64,000 bases of DNA from Epiperipatus broadwayi. Its lineage: Eukaryota > Animalia > Onychophora. The stretch's first letter is position 1. Each line of letters starts with the position of its first letter. The stretch covers positions 12,152,001 to 12,216,000 of the forward strand of contig JAQFVV010000003.1 in NCBI GenBank assembly GCA_028023455.1, read 5' to 3'. Of the stretch, positions 51,067 to 64,000 are shown one piece after another. The notes beneath the pieces were generated by a model that did not search any database, was not told where the DNA came from, and saw only the letters and a list, made by a program, of their open reading frames with translations. The position numbers and the translations under genes are program-made.

Positions 51067-52445
51067 AATATATTATAGACAGATGAATTATTTTCCAAAC
51101 TTATGATTTAATAGCAATGGCTTTTATTACCTTAGCATTAAGAGGTTTAACGAAATGTGTTCCTTTTACATTTCTTATAGAATATATGGCTGGGGAAAAA
51201 AGACAGCAATTCTAAAAAGAATATCTTAATTGATCATATTGATATAGTTATCTACTTCCCTGCTAGATATAGTTTTAAAAGTAAAACAATTTGTAATAAT
51301 ACTTACAGTTTTATCTTCTATAGCAATTAACTATTTATTATCAAACCTTAATTTCAGCTTGTAAATATTAGTGAATTTCTCTCTCTTTTTTTTTTCTTGA
51401 TTTCTACCCATAGTTGTCCATTAATATAATGAATTACCTAAATACAGTAATCTAAATAGCTGAAAATTTTGAAAAAGAATGAAAATGAAAGAATACCAAT
51501 TGTCCTTGAAATCAATGTACTTACATTAAGTGTTTGCTTTTTTATTCTTAATTACTGATAAACACATTAAGTTCATTAGTCTTTACCTTGTATGTTTAAT
51601 TTATAGACATCCAAATACTTTATAATTTAAGCTTTCAAAACGAATTTTATTCTGATTATAAATGTAATTATAAAGTTGAATTTATTTACCTTTGCACATG
51701 TTAACATCTGTTATATATAGAGCTCTATATATAACCTTTCTAAATACAAGCTTATTGGGTTAAGTCATGTGACATCTGATTTTATTTTTTATTATTTTAC
51801 GTTTTAACATCATAAAAACTAATAACTGAGTATAGTGAGGTGATAGTTCCTCTCGTAATTTCTTTTTTTTTTTTTTTGAAATTTTAATAAAAATATAATC
51901 CACAATAAGAATAAATATTGTTTAATTATTTTAGCTTTACATAATTATTTTATTCCAAAACAATAACTGAAAATCTCAAATCAAAAGAAACTATTCTTGC
52001 ATAAATATTTGGATATAAAACAGCAATGATTCACACGCTTAATTTTATGATTGCAGGGATCTTTAAGCTCTGAATACATGATAGTATTAATGATTTTGTA
52101 GTAACATAATCTGTTTTTTTCTGTACTTTGTCAGATCATTAAATACATAGTTGTCATATTAACGCTTGGTTTAAATATAGGCATGGAATAAAGTTGTTCT
52201 CATCTCAATATATAATAGTATGCCTTATGTCATCATCCACATTTTAAGCACACAAAAAAAAAACAGAACTACTTCCATTTCTTTTCTGAGTTTCTATTAG
52301 CTGGTGAAACCAATTCCATTTTCATCTTCTGTTAGTTGATGACTAAGATGAGATGTTTAATTACATTTAATATAGCCAGTACTAGCAGCTTTCATTAGCT
52401 CTTAAATGTAAATATATTAAGTTTATTAAGTGCAAGCAGGTGATA

Positions 52446-52666
52446 TAATAATAATGTGAAATGCTGAAACCTTTGATTGATGTGCCTTAAAAATGCTTAT
52501 GTGACAGCCATTCAGATGTGTTCAGGTTCCATCTTTTTCTCATATTTCTGGCTTGTGTTCTTGAATTGAGAGTTCCTCATGCAGTCATTATTACATCTGA
52601 TTAGCTGTCACATAAGCATTTTTAAGGCGCATCGATCAAAGGTTTCAGCCTTTCACGTTATTATTA
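52446..52666. mobile_element. MITE-like inverted repeat (about 74-bp arms)
   Basis: TAATAATAATGTGAAATGCTGAAACCTTTGAT...CAGATGT (52446-52519) is inverted at 52593-52666. Confidence 0.8.
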
Positions 52667-53099
52667 GCTCTTAAATATATTTAGTACAGTTTTTTATCTT
52701 ACATAAACATGACCAAACAAACAAAAATATCAAGAAACTGAATGGAATTCTAGCATAAGTTTGTAATGTTTATTAGTATTTTCTAGTAACTATTGTAAAA
52801 TCACTGCACTTTTTAATCTATTAAATATATTTTTAAGAAGAGCATTAAGTTAATGTGTTTGACCAATGCATTTTATTAAATTATATTCTGATGTGATTTG
52901 ATATAAAACAATTTCTTTTCAAATGAAATTAAAAGTTTCTATGCATGAACTATATAACATGAAACCCTGCTAGTAAAGTTAAACATTTCCTCCCTTAAAA
53001 AACATATAATATAATAAATTCATCTTGTTTTTATTCCTTACTATCCAATTATTTTCTCAGTCCTGATTCATTCCTTTTTTATTTTTTTAATCTTTTATT

Positions 53100-55700
53100 A
53101 TTCTATTCTCATATTCCCAAACTTTCATTATAAACACTTAAACAAAAAATGAATTCTTTACGTCTTATATTTTCTTTAATTTTTAGTTTCTTCCACTCTC
53201 CCTTATCCTGATTTTCTTTCATTATCATATATTCTAAAAATAAGTGTTTAATACTTTACCATCTTTACATAAACTACACCTACATTCAAAATCCTTGTTC
53301 CATTTTTACTATCTTTCCCTGGTATATAAAGTTTCTATCTTTGAACCAAATAACACTAAGTTCATTTTAGTACTGACATACATTTTATATAGATTTTATT
53401 CTTATATAACTGTCACTATTTGTTTTATTATTATTCATAATTGTTTTCCATAATTCTGCTTCTTTTTCTCTAATCAATTTATCTATTTTCATCTTCCACC
53501 TCACAACATTTTACATTTTTCTAATTAAAAAGTTCAGCCTACTACATCTGGAATAGCTTCATCTGCAGTCCACAATAACCACCCAATGCACTTTCAGTAT
53601 TTTTGCATATCTAAACATTTCTGAGTTTCCTGGATGCTATAAAGCATATTATTTTCACATGTTAAAGTTGATACCATCACTTTTTTTTCAAATTATTTTT
53701 TTTGCATATCTTATTTATTATATGAGAAACATGCCAGATTTTAAAATCAATCCCATTCCATTTTTTTTTTTCATTTTAATTATCAATTTTATGTATAATT
53801 CTTTTTTTCCCTATTCAACAGAGTACTTAAATACCTCTATTTCTTCAATTCTTCAGAATAAATATCTCCAATTTTTAATCCTTCAATTTTTATTCTTTCC
53901 AATAAATGCCAGGGTTTTACATTTTTCTTTACTAAATTTAATTTTTATAATTTTTTCTATGTCTTCACACTTTCTTTAATAATTAGTTTTACATTATTTG
54001 CAAAAAATGCCATATCATCTACATATTATGTATTCTCCTGATTTTTACCTGTAAAAATCCCTTATCCCCACCTTTATCACTAATCTTTCTTTTTCAATCT
54101 CCAATTCTTTTATCAATAAAATAAATAATAAATTTGATAATGGACATACCCATTTCAGTCCAATTTCACATTTAACTTATATATCCACCAATTGCTATTT
54201 GTAAAAGTAATCCTTGTAAAGATTCTTAATCATTCTTAACAATCTAAATCTATTTCCATATTTTTTAGACTTCAATTATTTATTTCCACTTTATCATAAG
54301 CCAAGTCTATGTCTAAAGATGCAATAAAAATAGTTTATTTTTCTTACCAGTTTTTTCAATCAATTGAGATACAATGTCCTTTTCCCTGAATAAAATTCTT
54401 TCTGAATTTTATTTAAGATGTCACACTCCTCCATTCAAATCATAAGTTTATCTATTAAAATATATATAAATATTTTATAAATTATGAAAGATATTGCTAC
54501 TGGTTTATAGTTAATTGACTTAAAATCTTTTTACTTTTCTTTATATAATAATCTATTTCTCATACCTTTTCATTCATCTGGAATTTTATTATCAATTATA
54601 ATTTTGTTAAAACTTTTTTTAAATCAATATTTGTATATTTTCTCATACCTATTACCATTATTAATTGTCATATCATTTAATTTTCTTGATTTTTTTTAAA
54701 AATCTATTCATTGCTCCATTATTTTAATCGTTTTCTCATAAAGTTCTCTAGTGAATCAGGTTTCTTACCAACTCTTTTCACCCAAAAGTTTTACTATAAA
54801 TTATCCTCATATTTTCTTTTACATTGCTTAATTTCCATATCATTCATATCAACCTTTCTATAAATTTCATTATTTCATCTTTCAAATACTTCTAATTCTA
54901 ACATCATAAAATTATGATTATTACTACAACCATTTGTTTTCCTTATCAAACATTTTATAATTATTTTTATCTTTTCTAATAGAATTTTATCAACCAACAT
55001 GTAATCAAAATGGTCCATTTCAAATTGTACCTCACCTATGTTAACTTCCTATCATATACTTTATTCATAATCTCAATTTTTAATCCATCTTTTTCATATA
55101 TTCTTTTGAGTAGTATCATCTACAATCTATATTTTACATTTATTTTTTCTAAGCTCACTTATATCCTAAATGTTTCCAAATTTTCTCATCTCATTCTATC
55201 ATTTTATATTTTCCTCATTTCCCTTAGCTAAATTCACTATGCCACACATCTATTTCTTTTTATCCAGTTATGTTTTGTATAATTTTTTTTGAAAAATATT
55301 TTCATTAATAATAACCCCTATATCTCCTTTCTTATTATCAGCACCTCTTCTTAGCTCTTTCCATTAACATTTTTTATGATTGCTAACCTGCCTAATTCCA
55401 ACTCTTTCCACCTTATTATAAAACAAAGTTTTTTGTTAATACTTTGACCTTTATTTTAAATATTTTTTTCTTATAACTCTTGTCAGGCATTCTTCATAAT
55501 TTTTTTTTCCTATTCTTACATCTTCCATTCTTCGATCTTTGTCTACCTTGTCTTTTATTTTACATCTCTAAATATAAGCATAACTGTCCTATTCATATTT
55601 ACCACCCAACCTTGTATCATTATTCTTATCTATCAATATCTATATATATATCACCCCCTTCTTCATTTTAATGATGAATAAATTTTACCATAAATTAACT
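53100..55700 (-). pseudogene. Heavily decayed non-LTR retrotransposon RT region
   Basis: Minus-strand fragment TIFIASLDIDLAYDKV near 54290-54335 (RT motif F.D..KAYDKV) within a strongly strand-skewed, purine-rich minus strand. Confidence 0.55.
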
Positions 55701-56767
55701 CATTTTTTATCTCATTCTCTATAAATGCAACTCATCCCTTTTAAATAAATCTGTCCTTAATGAACACATCAATAAGATTATTTAATTGCCCTCTGTCAGT
55801 TTAATATGTAAAAATAAGATACATATAATAGTTACTCATCATCATATATAAAATAGAAATATTAAAAATAATAAAATTAAAAGATTCACTTTAAAGTATT
55901 GAATGCTGATATTTGATAAAGCATATGAAATTATTTCTAGTATAAAATTGTAAATCCTCCTTAAAATCTATCATATATGTTTATAAATCCTTATACTAAC
56001 CTATTGCATCTAATACATTGACATACGTCCATATTGAATACAGTTGTCTTTGTGTGAGCATCTCTATACAAAGTATTTAAAAGTCTCAGTGCAATTTTAA
56101 ATTTAATAATTTCAGAAGTATAGATGTTTCAGAGTTGTAAAAAAATCTAAAAGTTTAATTATTTAAATAGTAATATTTACTGAGGCTATAACCTCGAGAA
56201 TATGCGTGTAAAATGTGATAGTAGGGACCTCTACCACAAGCTTACGCTATGGAAGAAAAGAGGGGAACCTTTCTTTACTTCAACCTACTTTCTATTTAAA
56301 TAGGTGAAGCTGAAGCGGTTAGATCTGCGAGCGTGAAGCTATTCAATACTTCACTGATTACACATTAATACTTGCGAAATCTTTCGATTTACGAGTCAAT
56401 GGAAAGATTTTATAGTTAGAAATCTATTACAGTAATTTAAAGTTGTAATTATAAATTTATTAAATGCACATTGATTATGTAAATAATATTTAAATAGTGT
56501 AAGTTCTTATTAATATTTAATATAACCACTGTATTAAGCTATATATTGCTCAATTTATGTGTATTCTAAATATATTGTGAACTGAAAAAATTTCCCTTAA
56601 TTTTTTCATTCAGAATTTAATACATTGTACATGCTTAACACCTGCATTTATATATGTAATATATGCAGGATTCGAACTCAGACTTTCACATGACCCACAA
56701 CTCTCAGTGTCATATTATGTTGCTGACCTACCTGTGATCACACACATGTTGAAAAGATAAATAATCA

Positions 56768-56787
56768 CCAATATATGTATTTCGTGC
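56768..56787 (-). ncRNA. 3' half of a hammerhead ribozyme with intact GAAA and cleavage site
   Basis: Minus strand GCAC GAAA UACAUA UA^ UUGG; the CUGAUGA half is deleted. Confidence 0.65.
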
Positions 56788-56842
56788 AGTATGAAGATTG
56801 GCTATCTTAATATAAAGCTATGTGTGGAGATGGTAATCTGGA

Positions 56843-56884
56843 CCAACTGATGAGTGCTGGTTTAGCACAAAATACATATATTGA
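56843..56884 (+). ncRNA. Minimal type I hammerhead ribozyme, G12>A variant
   Basis: CCAA CUGAUGA GUGCU-GGUU-UAGCAC AAAA UACAUA UA^ UUGA. Confidence 0.8.
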
Positions 56885-57339
56885 TGATTATTTATCTTTT
56901 CAACATGTGCATGATCAGGTGTGTCAGCAATATAAGATGGCACTGAGAATTGTAGGTTGTGTGAAAGTCTGAGTTCAAATTCAGAATTTAATTAAATTTC
57001 TGTGAGGGACTCCCATTTTTTTAATGGAGTAACTAAAGCAATTGATGTTTCTTTTATGTTTATATTATTAAAACAAAAAAAATTAAAACTTTAACAAAAC
57101 TAAAACGTTAAAAAAAATTTAATTGGTTAAACTTTCAAATGTGTGTGTGTGTTTTTTTAATAAGCAGCATTCATCCTATTGAAGCTATTAAAATTTAAAA
57201 CTGTGCTAGGATTTTTGTCACACCTTGTATTTAGTTTTATTTCCGCGTTTTAATAAATTAAAAATCAAACTTTCTAGGTAATCGATAAAGTTTGCCCGCA
57301 AATCTGAAGATCGCAAGATTAGAATAGTATGCCTTCGGG

Positions 57340-58240
57340 GTACTACATCATAGCTTAGTTAATAGCAAACAAGAAGGAGACGTCAACATCCGCCATATTG
57401 GCCAAACCCTGAAACAAAGAAATGGAACAATAACTAACAATTGACTATGGTAAAAAAATTATGAAAATGTAAATATAAATAATTATGAAAATATAAAGAA
57501 TCAAAAATCATTACAATTATTAATGATATTTGAATAATTATTTGGCCCTGAAAGCAAGAAAAAGAAAAATAATTTAGTACAAGAAAATGAAAAAAATTAT
57601 GGTAAATGATATTTAAGTAATCGACAAACCAAAGAAATAATAGCTACAGTAAAAATAATTATGAAAATGTAAATATCAAAAATCAGTACGACTTTTAACG
57701 ATATTTTAATAATCAAAGAAAATAAATAATAATAGCTAAACCTAAATCAATTACATTTAATAAGAAAAAAAAATTAATAAATCCTGCAGTATCATTACAA
57801 TTACTAACGATATTTGAATAATTATTTGGCCCTGAAAGCAAGAAAAATGCAATATTAAGTAATAATTTAGTACGAGAAAATGGAAAAAATTATGGTAAAC
57901 GATATTTAAGTAATCGACAATAAATAGTAATTAGTTAGCAATAATTCCAAAATGTAAAATTAGCAAACAACAGATTAAAAATTTCATAAAATGGTGGATG
58001 ACACACAATAAAAAACAAAAAAACCTCTTGCTTGAAAGACAACAGCAGGTAAAATGACAGATATTTATCACAATTCACTGCAGTATTCCAAAATCTCGAA
58101 GGTGACCATGAACTCACCTTCACCACTCCTATCGATTAGTCATGCCAATGTTTCAGTTGCCATGCCATTGCTTTGGTTCATCGTCGATCATATCTACCGG
58201 TGGGTTGTGTAGTACGTCATAGCTTAGTTAATACTCAAAT
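57340..58240 (+). repeat. Unclassified element with ~24-bp terminal direct repeats and an internal ~285-bp duplication
   Basis: TAC.ACATCATAGCTTAGTTAATA (about 57341) and TAGTACGTCATAGCTTAGTTAATA (about 58210). Internal blocks at about 57508-57630 and 57792-57920 are near-identical. Confidence 0.65.
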
Positions 58241-58469
58241 ACCAAATCATCTATATATATACTCCATTTGAATTTCTGAAGATACTATTATTCAGAGTTT
58301 TCTATAGTTTTCTATATCGTAATAAATATGTTGCTTATTTAAATATAATGCTCAAGATACTTAAAAAAAATGAAGCAACTCCCATGATTTATTTTGATTA
58401 ATGTGATTTCTTCATGTGGCCCTAATCAAATCATATATTTCATTGTTAGTTATTATTTTTAACTATTAT

Positions 58470-59330
58470 CAATCCACTGTAGAATATTCTCCAATGCTAA
58501 CCCAGTTTCTCTAATCCATAGTCTTTTTTCTCCATACCACAATCAACAAACTTTTGTCTTGACCATCCGTCTCATGTCTTTTTTTAGAGCTTTTATAATC
58601 TCTTAGAGCAGGGGTCCCCAACCCTATGCCCGGGGGCACCATGGTGCCCGCAGACTATTTCACGTGTGCCCGCCGCTATCCGAACACGATAAAAAATTAT
58701 CTGATACAAATAAATTTAATTTTTAAAATTTCTTATAAATTATTGTATTATATTGTAATCAAATTGTAGGGCATACTTTACTTTTACAGCGTAAAAATAT
58801 AAATATTAGTTATATGTTAAAATTTTATTTTTGAAATAAATATTTTTTTGTACATTATATGTTTTATTAACAATATTCAACTATAAATTTACATTGAAAA
58901 AATAAATGGTGCCCACCATCTAGTTGAAAAATTACATGGTGCTGCCACCTGGCTGGTATTATAGAATGTGCTCTTAAGTGCAAAAAGGTTGGGGATCCCT
59001 GTCTTAGAGTCTATTTTAAAACTTCTACTGTCCATCAATAATTATTATCTCTTTTAATAATACATCCAGTCCAATGCCATTTCAATCTTTTAATTATTTC
59101 AAAGATGTCAATGATATCTATTTGTTCTGTCATCCATGTCTTTGGCTTTTGATTACTTCTTGTTTCTTCCAGTGTATATCTCTTCATAATTTGTTGAATG
59201 ATCTGATATCTTTGCATTGCTTTTCTGTTAAATATTTAAACCTGAGACCCTATGTAAGAGTAGTACGTAGATAACTTTCTTTTTCATATTAAGGTAATTC
59301 TGCTAAAAACACTCTATCCATGTTGAATTC
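58470..59330 (-). mobile_element. RTE LINE 3' fragment interrupted by a hAT MITE
   Basis: Minus strand IIKRLKWHWTGCIIKRDNNY..WTVEVLK continues across the MITE to the CTACAGTGGATTGAT 3' end. Confidence 0.75.
58609..59001. mobile_element. hAT (Buster/Charlie-type) MITE, 393 bp
   Basis: TIRs CAGGGGTCCCCAACC and (rc) CAGGGATCCCCAACC; perfect 8-bp TSD TCTTAGAG (58601-58608, 59002-59009). Confidence 0.95.
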
Positions 59331-59683
59331 TATTATTAATTTCATCCATTATGTTTTCATCTGTATTAATAATCTGACCATGGTATTTGTAGTTGTCATA
59401 TTTTTTAAATTTATGATTATCATTTTTTTTTCTCCTGAATATGAAGATTGTTGATTTAGGAGCAAATAGTTTAAGGAATATCCTGGGATTGTTTAATTTG
59501 AATAATAATAAAAACCATTTAAATAGTTAAATAGTTAAAAAAATGTTCAATTTGTTGATTTCTATTTTTGCAAAAATTATCAAAAAAATAAATCGGTATA
59601 CATATTAGTATGTTTGCTGATTGCTTTTTATTTATTGTTACTGTAAAATTAAATATTAATAAATATCTTATTTTTATTTTTAG

Positions 59684-60389
59684 ATTGATGCTTGCCAAGT
59701 ATATTCCTTTATTTAAAGAACTCAGCAAGGAAAATGTAGATTTGTTTATTTTTCCAGAAAAAGTACAAGCTGCCAAGAGAGAGCGCAAGTTAGACATGGA
59801 ATTAGATGTTTTGAAAAAAAAACTGTGTGAAGGGGAAAATAATCTTGTTTTAAGTAATAGAGAAAGGCGTCTTTTACGTTTTTTGGATTTGACCCAAGAA
59901 GAGCGTCAGAGATTAGAAGCGATTGCTCAGATTCCCGAAGTGAGTTCCATTTGCGGAGATTCCTGCCATTCAGGTGACTTTGACTCCCAGGATGAGGAAG
60001 AATTTTCCAAATGTAACGTTAATGGTTTGATAGATGTAATTACTCATTCACGGGTGCACCTGCCAAACTATATAAATCTTGATCTCCCATTTTTTCCAAG
60101 TGACACAAGTATAGATGAGAAATTGAATTTAACTATTCCAAGTTTCTCAGAAGAATGGGATAGCATGGTCGAAGAAGCCTCCTTTGTCAAAACAAAAAAT
60201 GAAGATTGTAATGAAAAGGAGCAGACCACTAAAACGGAAAGGCAAGAGGAATCTGTAGAAATCTCAGAGCAAGTCAGCTGTACCTGTGATTGTCATCAAA
60301 AAGATAAAATGAAATGGAGTGATATCGCTTGCCAGACCATCTCAACTGGTGGTATCGTTATTACCACTGTGTTCTTTGAGGAAAATTAG
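59684..60389 (+). CDS. egl: egalitarian homologue, terminal coding exon
   Basis: tttttag|A completes the Gly codon from the previous exon. LVLSNRERRLLRFLDLTQEERQRL matches Egl IVLSNRE.RLLRY.DLT..E.E.L. C-terminus DIACQTISTGGIVITTVFF matches the Egl dynein light chain-binding tail. Stop TAG at 60387-60389. Confidence 0.92.
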
Positions 60390-60779
60390 ACTTTTTTTTC
60401 TGTGAAGAATGCAGAGATTTAGCTTCCATAATATATATACACATCTTAAGTTATAATGTATATATGTACATAAAGTATGTGAGGATTTTGACCATTTGTT
60501 AATAGATATTTTGTTAATGATAATATCTTGCCTAATAGTAAATGTGCTTTTAATGTTTGAAAAATCATGTGATTTAGCTGACTAAAAGTTTGTGCCAATA
60601 TCAATTTGTTTGAAAACATTGATAAGAAAAGTATAAAATTTAATTTATTGAATTGAAATAGAATGATGACAAGGCAGATATTAGTAGATTTTCATTTAAG
60701 TTATTTGGACACAGTACTTTTTGCACTGTGATTAACATTTTAGCATTAGGTTTTTGTTTTAATTTTTTATTTTTAAATG

Positions 60780-61070
60780 AAATAACTGGAGGAGGGGGGA
60801 GGTTGGCACTAAATCTAATTTGATTTAAAGTAACTCAGATTAGTTTACCATCCTATGCTGTTTAAAACATAATGATAGGGTGATCAATTCAAGAGCTAAA
60901 AGTCTCTGAATCAAAGTTTATCCTGTCACTCCTGAGCGACTAGCCATTCAATTATTTTTTTTATCTGTACGAGAAATAAATATAAAATTAGCATATCGTA
61001 AAAATGAAATAACTGGTAAGTTGGAGGGGGGGTTAGCATTAAAGCTAATTTGATTTAAAATAAACTCAAA
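60780..61070 (+). repeat. Diverged direct repeat downstream of the egl stop (period about 228 bp)
   Basis: AAATAACTGG...GGAGGGGGG.TT.GCA.TAAA.CTAATTTGATTTAAA occurs twice. Confidence 0.7.
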
Positions 61071-62799
61071 TGAATTAGTGTACGATAACTTCAGAGCATT
61101 CCATTAAATTAAGCTCACATTGAAGAGTGTTGATGACTTCATTAAGCTCAAATTAACTATCATTCTTAAGAATAACTTATTCATCGACTACTCTATTTTT
61201 TAACATTTATTATTTGAACAAATTAATTTTCCCACCTATTTTACTCCAAAAGAATGAATTCATATTTGCAAAAATTTTACGCTTAATGATCTATTAATGA
61301 ATTTAAAATAAATGCTACATTCATATATATATATATTCTCTTTTTATCACAAAGTCAGTTCAGTGTTACTTTTACAGATCATCTGATAAAAGTCTGTATG
61401 CTTTCATGCTCATACTTATTTGATAAAATGTTATTTTAAAAATTGGATGTTAAACATAGTTTGTTTACTCATTGAACGTAAATGATATCTTAAAAACTTT
61501 TGTGGAATTAATTTCAATAAAAAGAATCCAGTAAATAATAAAAACCGCAGATTTTTTTGTTTGTTTTCATATGTGTTCAGTTTGAAGGTGAAGATCAAGT
61601 ATTTCTCTGATTTAATTAAACAAGTTCATTACAATATTGATACTAGCTTAAAAAAAAAAAATCTTTCCCTTAACGTTTATATATTATAAATTTATATACA
61701 AGTAATCATTTTGGTCAAATAAATAGAAATATTGTGCTCAATCTGACATTTGTCCACTTGAATCTCAGATGAGGAATTTAACTATAGGATTACTATTATA
61801 AAATTTCTTACACTTTTAAGCTGAATAACATGTATTTAAACTGGGCATCATGTTTTTAAACTTATACACACAAATATTTAAAAATAATTTTTGGTATATA
61901 AGATAAAATATAAATTAAATTATCAAGCAAATGATTTTACACTTACAATTTTAATGTTCATAGATTTTAAGTTAAAATCTTTTATTTGGTATATACATAC
62001 TTGCATATATATGTCTATCCCATTGATTTCAGCAAAATTAGTATATAAATTTTACTGAATCATATTCTAGTTTTCTTTGAATATTTTTTATTGATATTAC
62101 ACTCTTTCTGCTAGGATGTATTTCTTTTTATGTAAGTGGAAAAAGAAGAGTTTATTATAAAAGATTTGTTGTTAAACTTAACAAAATGTATTGCTATTTC
62201 TGATAATCCAACATCTTTCTAACATAAACATACACATACATGTTTGGGCTCAAACAACACAATATCATTGAGTGAGTTGAAGAAAACTCATTGATCTAAA
62301 ATGTCACATGTAAACTAGAAAGAACTTTAGAAAATTGTGGGGCAAAGCCCTCTTCATTTATGAGTGAGAAAATATTAAAACAATAAATTATTTACATTTT
62401 TTTTGTGATTTTTAACAATGCTTTTTTAAAATTAAATTTTGATAGTTACGTTTTTTATTTACCTTTTTAAAAGATGAAAAGATTTTTGAAGAAAAGTGGT
62501 TTTTTTTAAAAAAAAAAGCCCAAACAAACCAACTATAATGTACCATTAGTTCATAAATATGAGTATTATATATACTAGAGGTGTTCAGTCATTATTTTAT
62601 TTATATACTTTATAGATAAGAAATATGCTATTCATAAATAAGATAATAGATTAGAGGATATTATTGACAGATGAAAACAAGATTATCATTGTCTAGAGAA
62701 AACTTTGTTTTGCTGAACACAATTTCACTCACATGTTGTGTTTGACAGTAAAAATAAAACTGCAAGTCCTAAGGATTTAGTATTAATACAAATTTATAT

Positions 62800-64000
62800 G
62801 CTAACTACTAGCCATGATGATATAGGATTAGATGAGCAGTAGGAAAAGATGAAGGAAATAATATGAGAGTGTCAAAATGCATATATATTGTTGTGGGTGA
62901 TTGGAATGCTGTTGTTGGGGAAGGTAAGGGAGTAAAAAATATTGGGAATTATGCTATTGGTAAAAGAAATGAAAGAGTTAGTCATTTTGTGGAATTTTAT
63001 AAAGAGAATAATTTTGTGGTAGCAAATACTGGATTTAAAAATCATAAAGTAAGATTATATATTGAACTTGGAGAGACCTTCATTTTGCAGGGGATTGATG
63101 ATATTTGACAATGATGATGAAGATCATATATATGAAAAGCTTCAGATGATAAAGATATTCAATAAGACTAAATATTGATACAGGATAGATATAAGAATGA
63201 TATTAAAGGTTCAAATGCTTTGCCTGGTCCTGTTATAAACTCTGATCATAATATGGTTATGGCTAAATTAAAGAAAATAGAAAAAAAAATATGGATTAAT
63301 TGAGACGGATGGAGAAAGGAAGATTTGGTTTCATATATGAAAAAATAATAAAGAGAATTGATAAACATGAGGAATATAGGAATGATTTTGATAAATGTTG
63401 TGTAGGATTAAAAAGGAAATATTAATAATGACAAAAAATATAATAGGAACTATTTGATTAAAAAAAACTAAACAACCTTAGATAATGGAAAGTATGTTTT
63501 AAAAAATGTAAATACAGAGAAAATATAATAAAGGGAAAGAGCATTTAGAAAAATTATAATGAACTAAGGAGAGAAACAGAATAGATTTAGTAAAAGAAAA
63601 ATGATTGGAATAAAAATATAGAGGAGACACAAATGCTTCAATAGGCAAAAAAAATATGATCTAGTATTTGATAGAATTAGAAATGTCACTTGGGGGAGAG
63701 AAAAAAATGGTGAAATAGATGATAAAAGATATTAAATAATAGGGATGAAATATTGAAAAAAATTGAAATAATAGCTTCAATATGTGTTTAGAAAATGAAA
63801 TAATGTACTTAATTATGAACTTAAAAGTGAAGATATTGAAGTAGATGATAATAGTATGGACATATTAACAGAAGAAGTAATAATGAAAATGATAAAGGTA
63901 TCAGATTTGATACAATACTTAATAGAATTTTTGAAAAAGATGAAAGAAACTAATTGTTGGACTATGTGATTTGGATATATAATATTGGAATTTGGTCTAA
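62800..64000 (+). pseudogene. RTE-type LINE endonuclease region, decayed, runs off the window
   Basis: IVVGDWNAVVG...G.YAIGKRNER...VEFYKENNFVVANTGFK and SDHNMVMAKL (APE domain motifs). Confidence 0.85.
63062..63119 (+). mobile_element. 58-bp RTE 3' tip inserted into the LINE endonuclease region
   Basis: TTGAACTTGGAGAGACCTTCATTTTGCAGGGGATTGAT...GATGATG, flanked by AAGATTATATA and AAGATCATATA (11 bp, 1 mismatch). Confidence 0.8.

Larger units (their letters stand above)
56622..56978. mobile_element. Fold-back copy of the hammerhead repeat family
   Basis: Inverted arms 56668-56787 and 56865-56982. 14-bp direct repeat ATTCAGAATTTAAT (56608-56621, 56979-56992). Perfect B box GTTCGAATCC on the minus strand at 56668-56677. 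Confidence 0.85.

Noticed and set aside
53244-55671. Multiple + strand F/L/I-rich ORFs
   Set aside because: Low-complexity antisense frames of a decayed LINE
1-64000. CRISPR arrays, rRNA, complete tRNA genes or prokaryotic operons
   Set aside because: None seen. Repeats lack constant repeat/unique spacer structure, tRNA-like parts are SINE-type heads only, and the DNA is eukaryotic with spliceosomal introns.

Overview
AT-rich, CpG-depleted invertebrate (probably arthropod) genomic DNA. The only host gene I can support is the 3' part of an egalitarian (egl) homologue on the + strand. Three phase-compatible exons (36726-36806, 44756-44997, 59684-60389; 342 aa) encode the second half of the DEDDy 3'-5' exonuclease-like domain and the C-terminal LC8-binding-type motif. 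Its 5' exons were not found. The rest is mostly transposon-derived: a nested stack at 1085-11488 (hAT element > hammerhead-ribozyme repeat > gag-only Ty3/Gypsy element), a Penelope-like RT/GIY-YIG relic, mariner, Gypsy pol, Buster-type hAT and RTE LINE relics, and several fold-back elements. The most interesting signal is a family of non-coding repeats (411 bp period in the one tandem pair) carrying minimal type I hammerhead ribozyme cores and B-box-like motifs. Copies occur tandem and inverted and are flanked by 13-14 bp direct repeats, which fits a retrozyme-like system mobilised by Penelope-like elements. All homology calls come from motif recognition by eye, not database searches.
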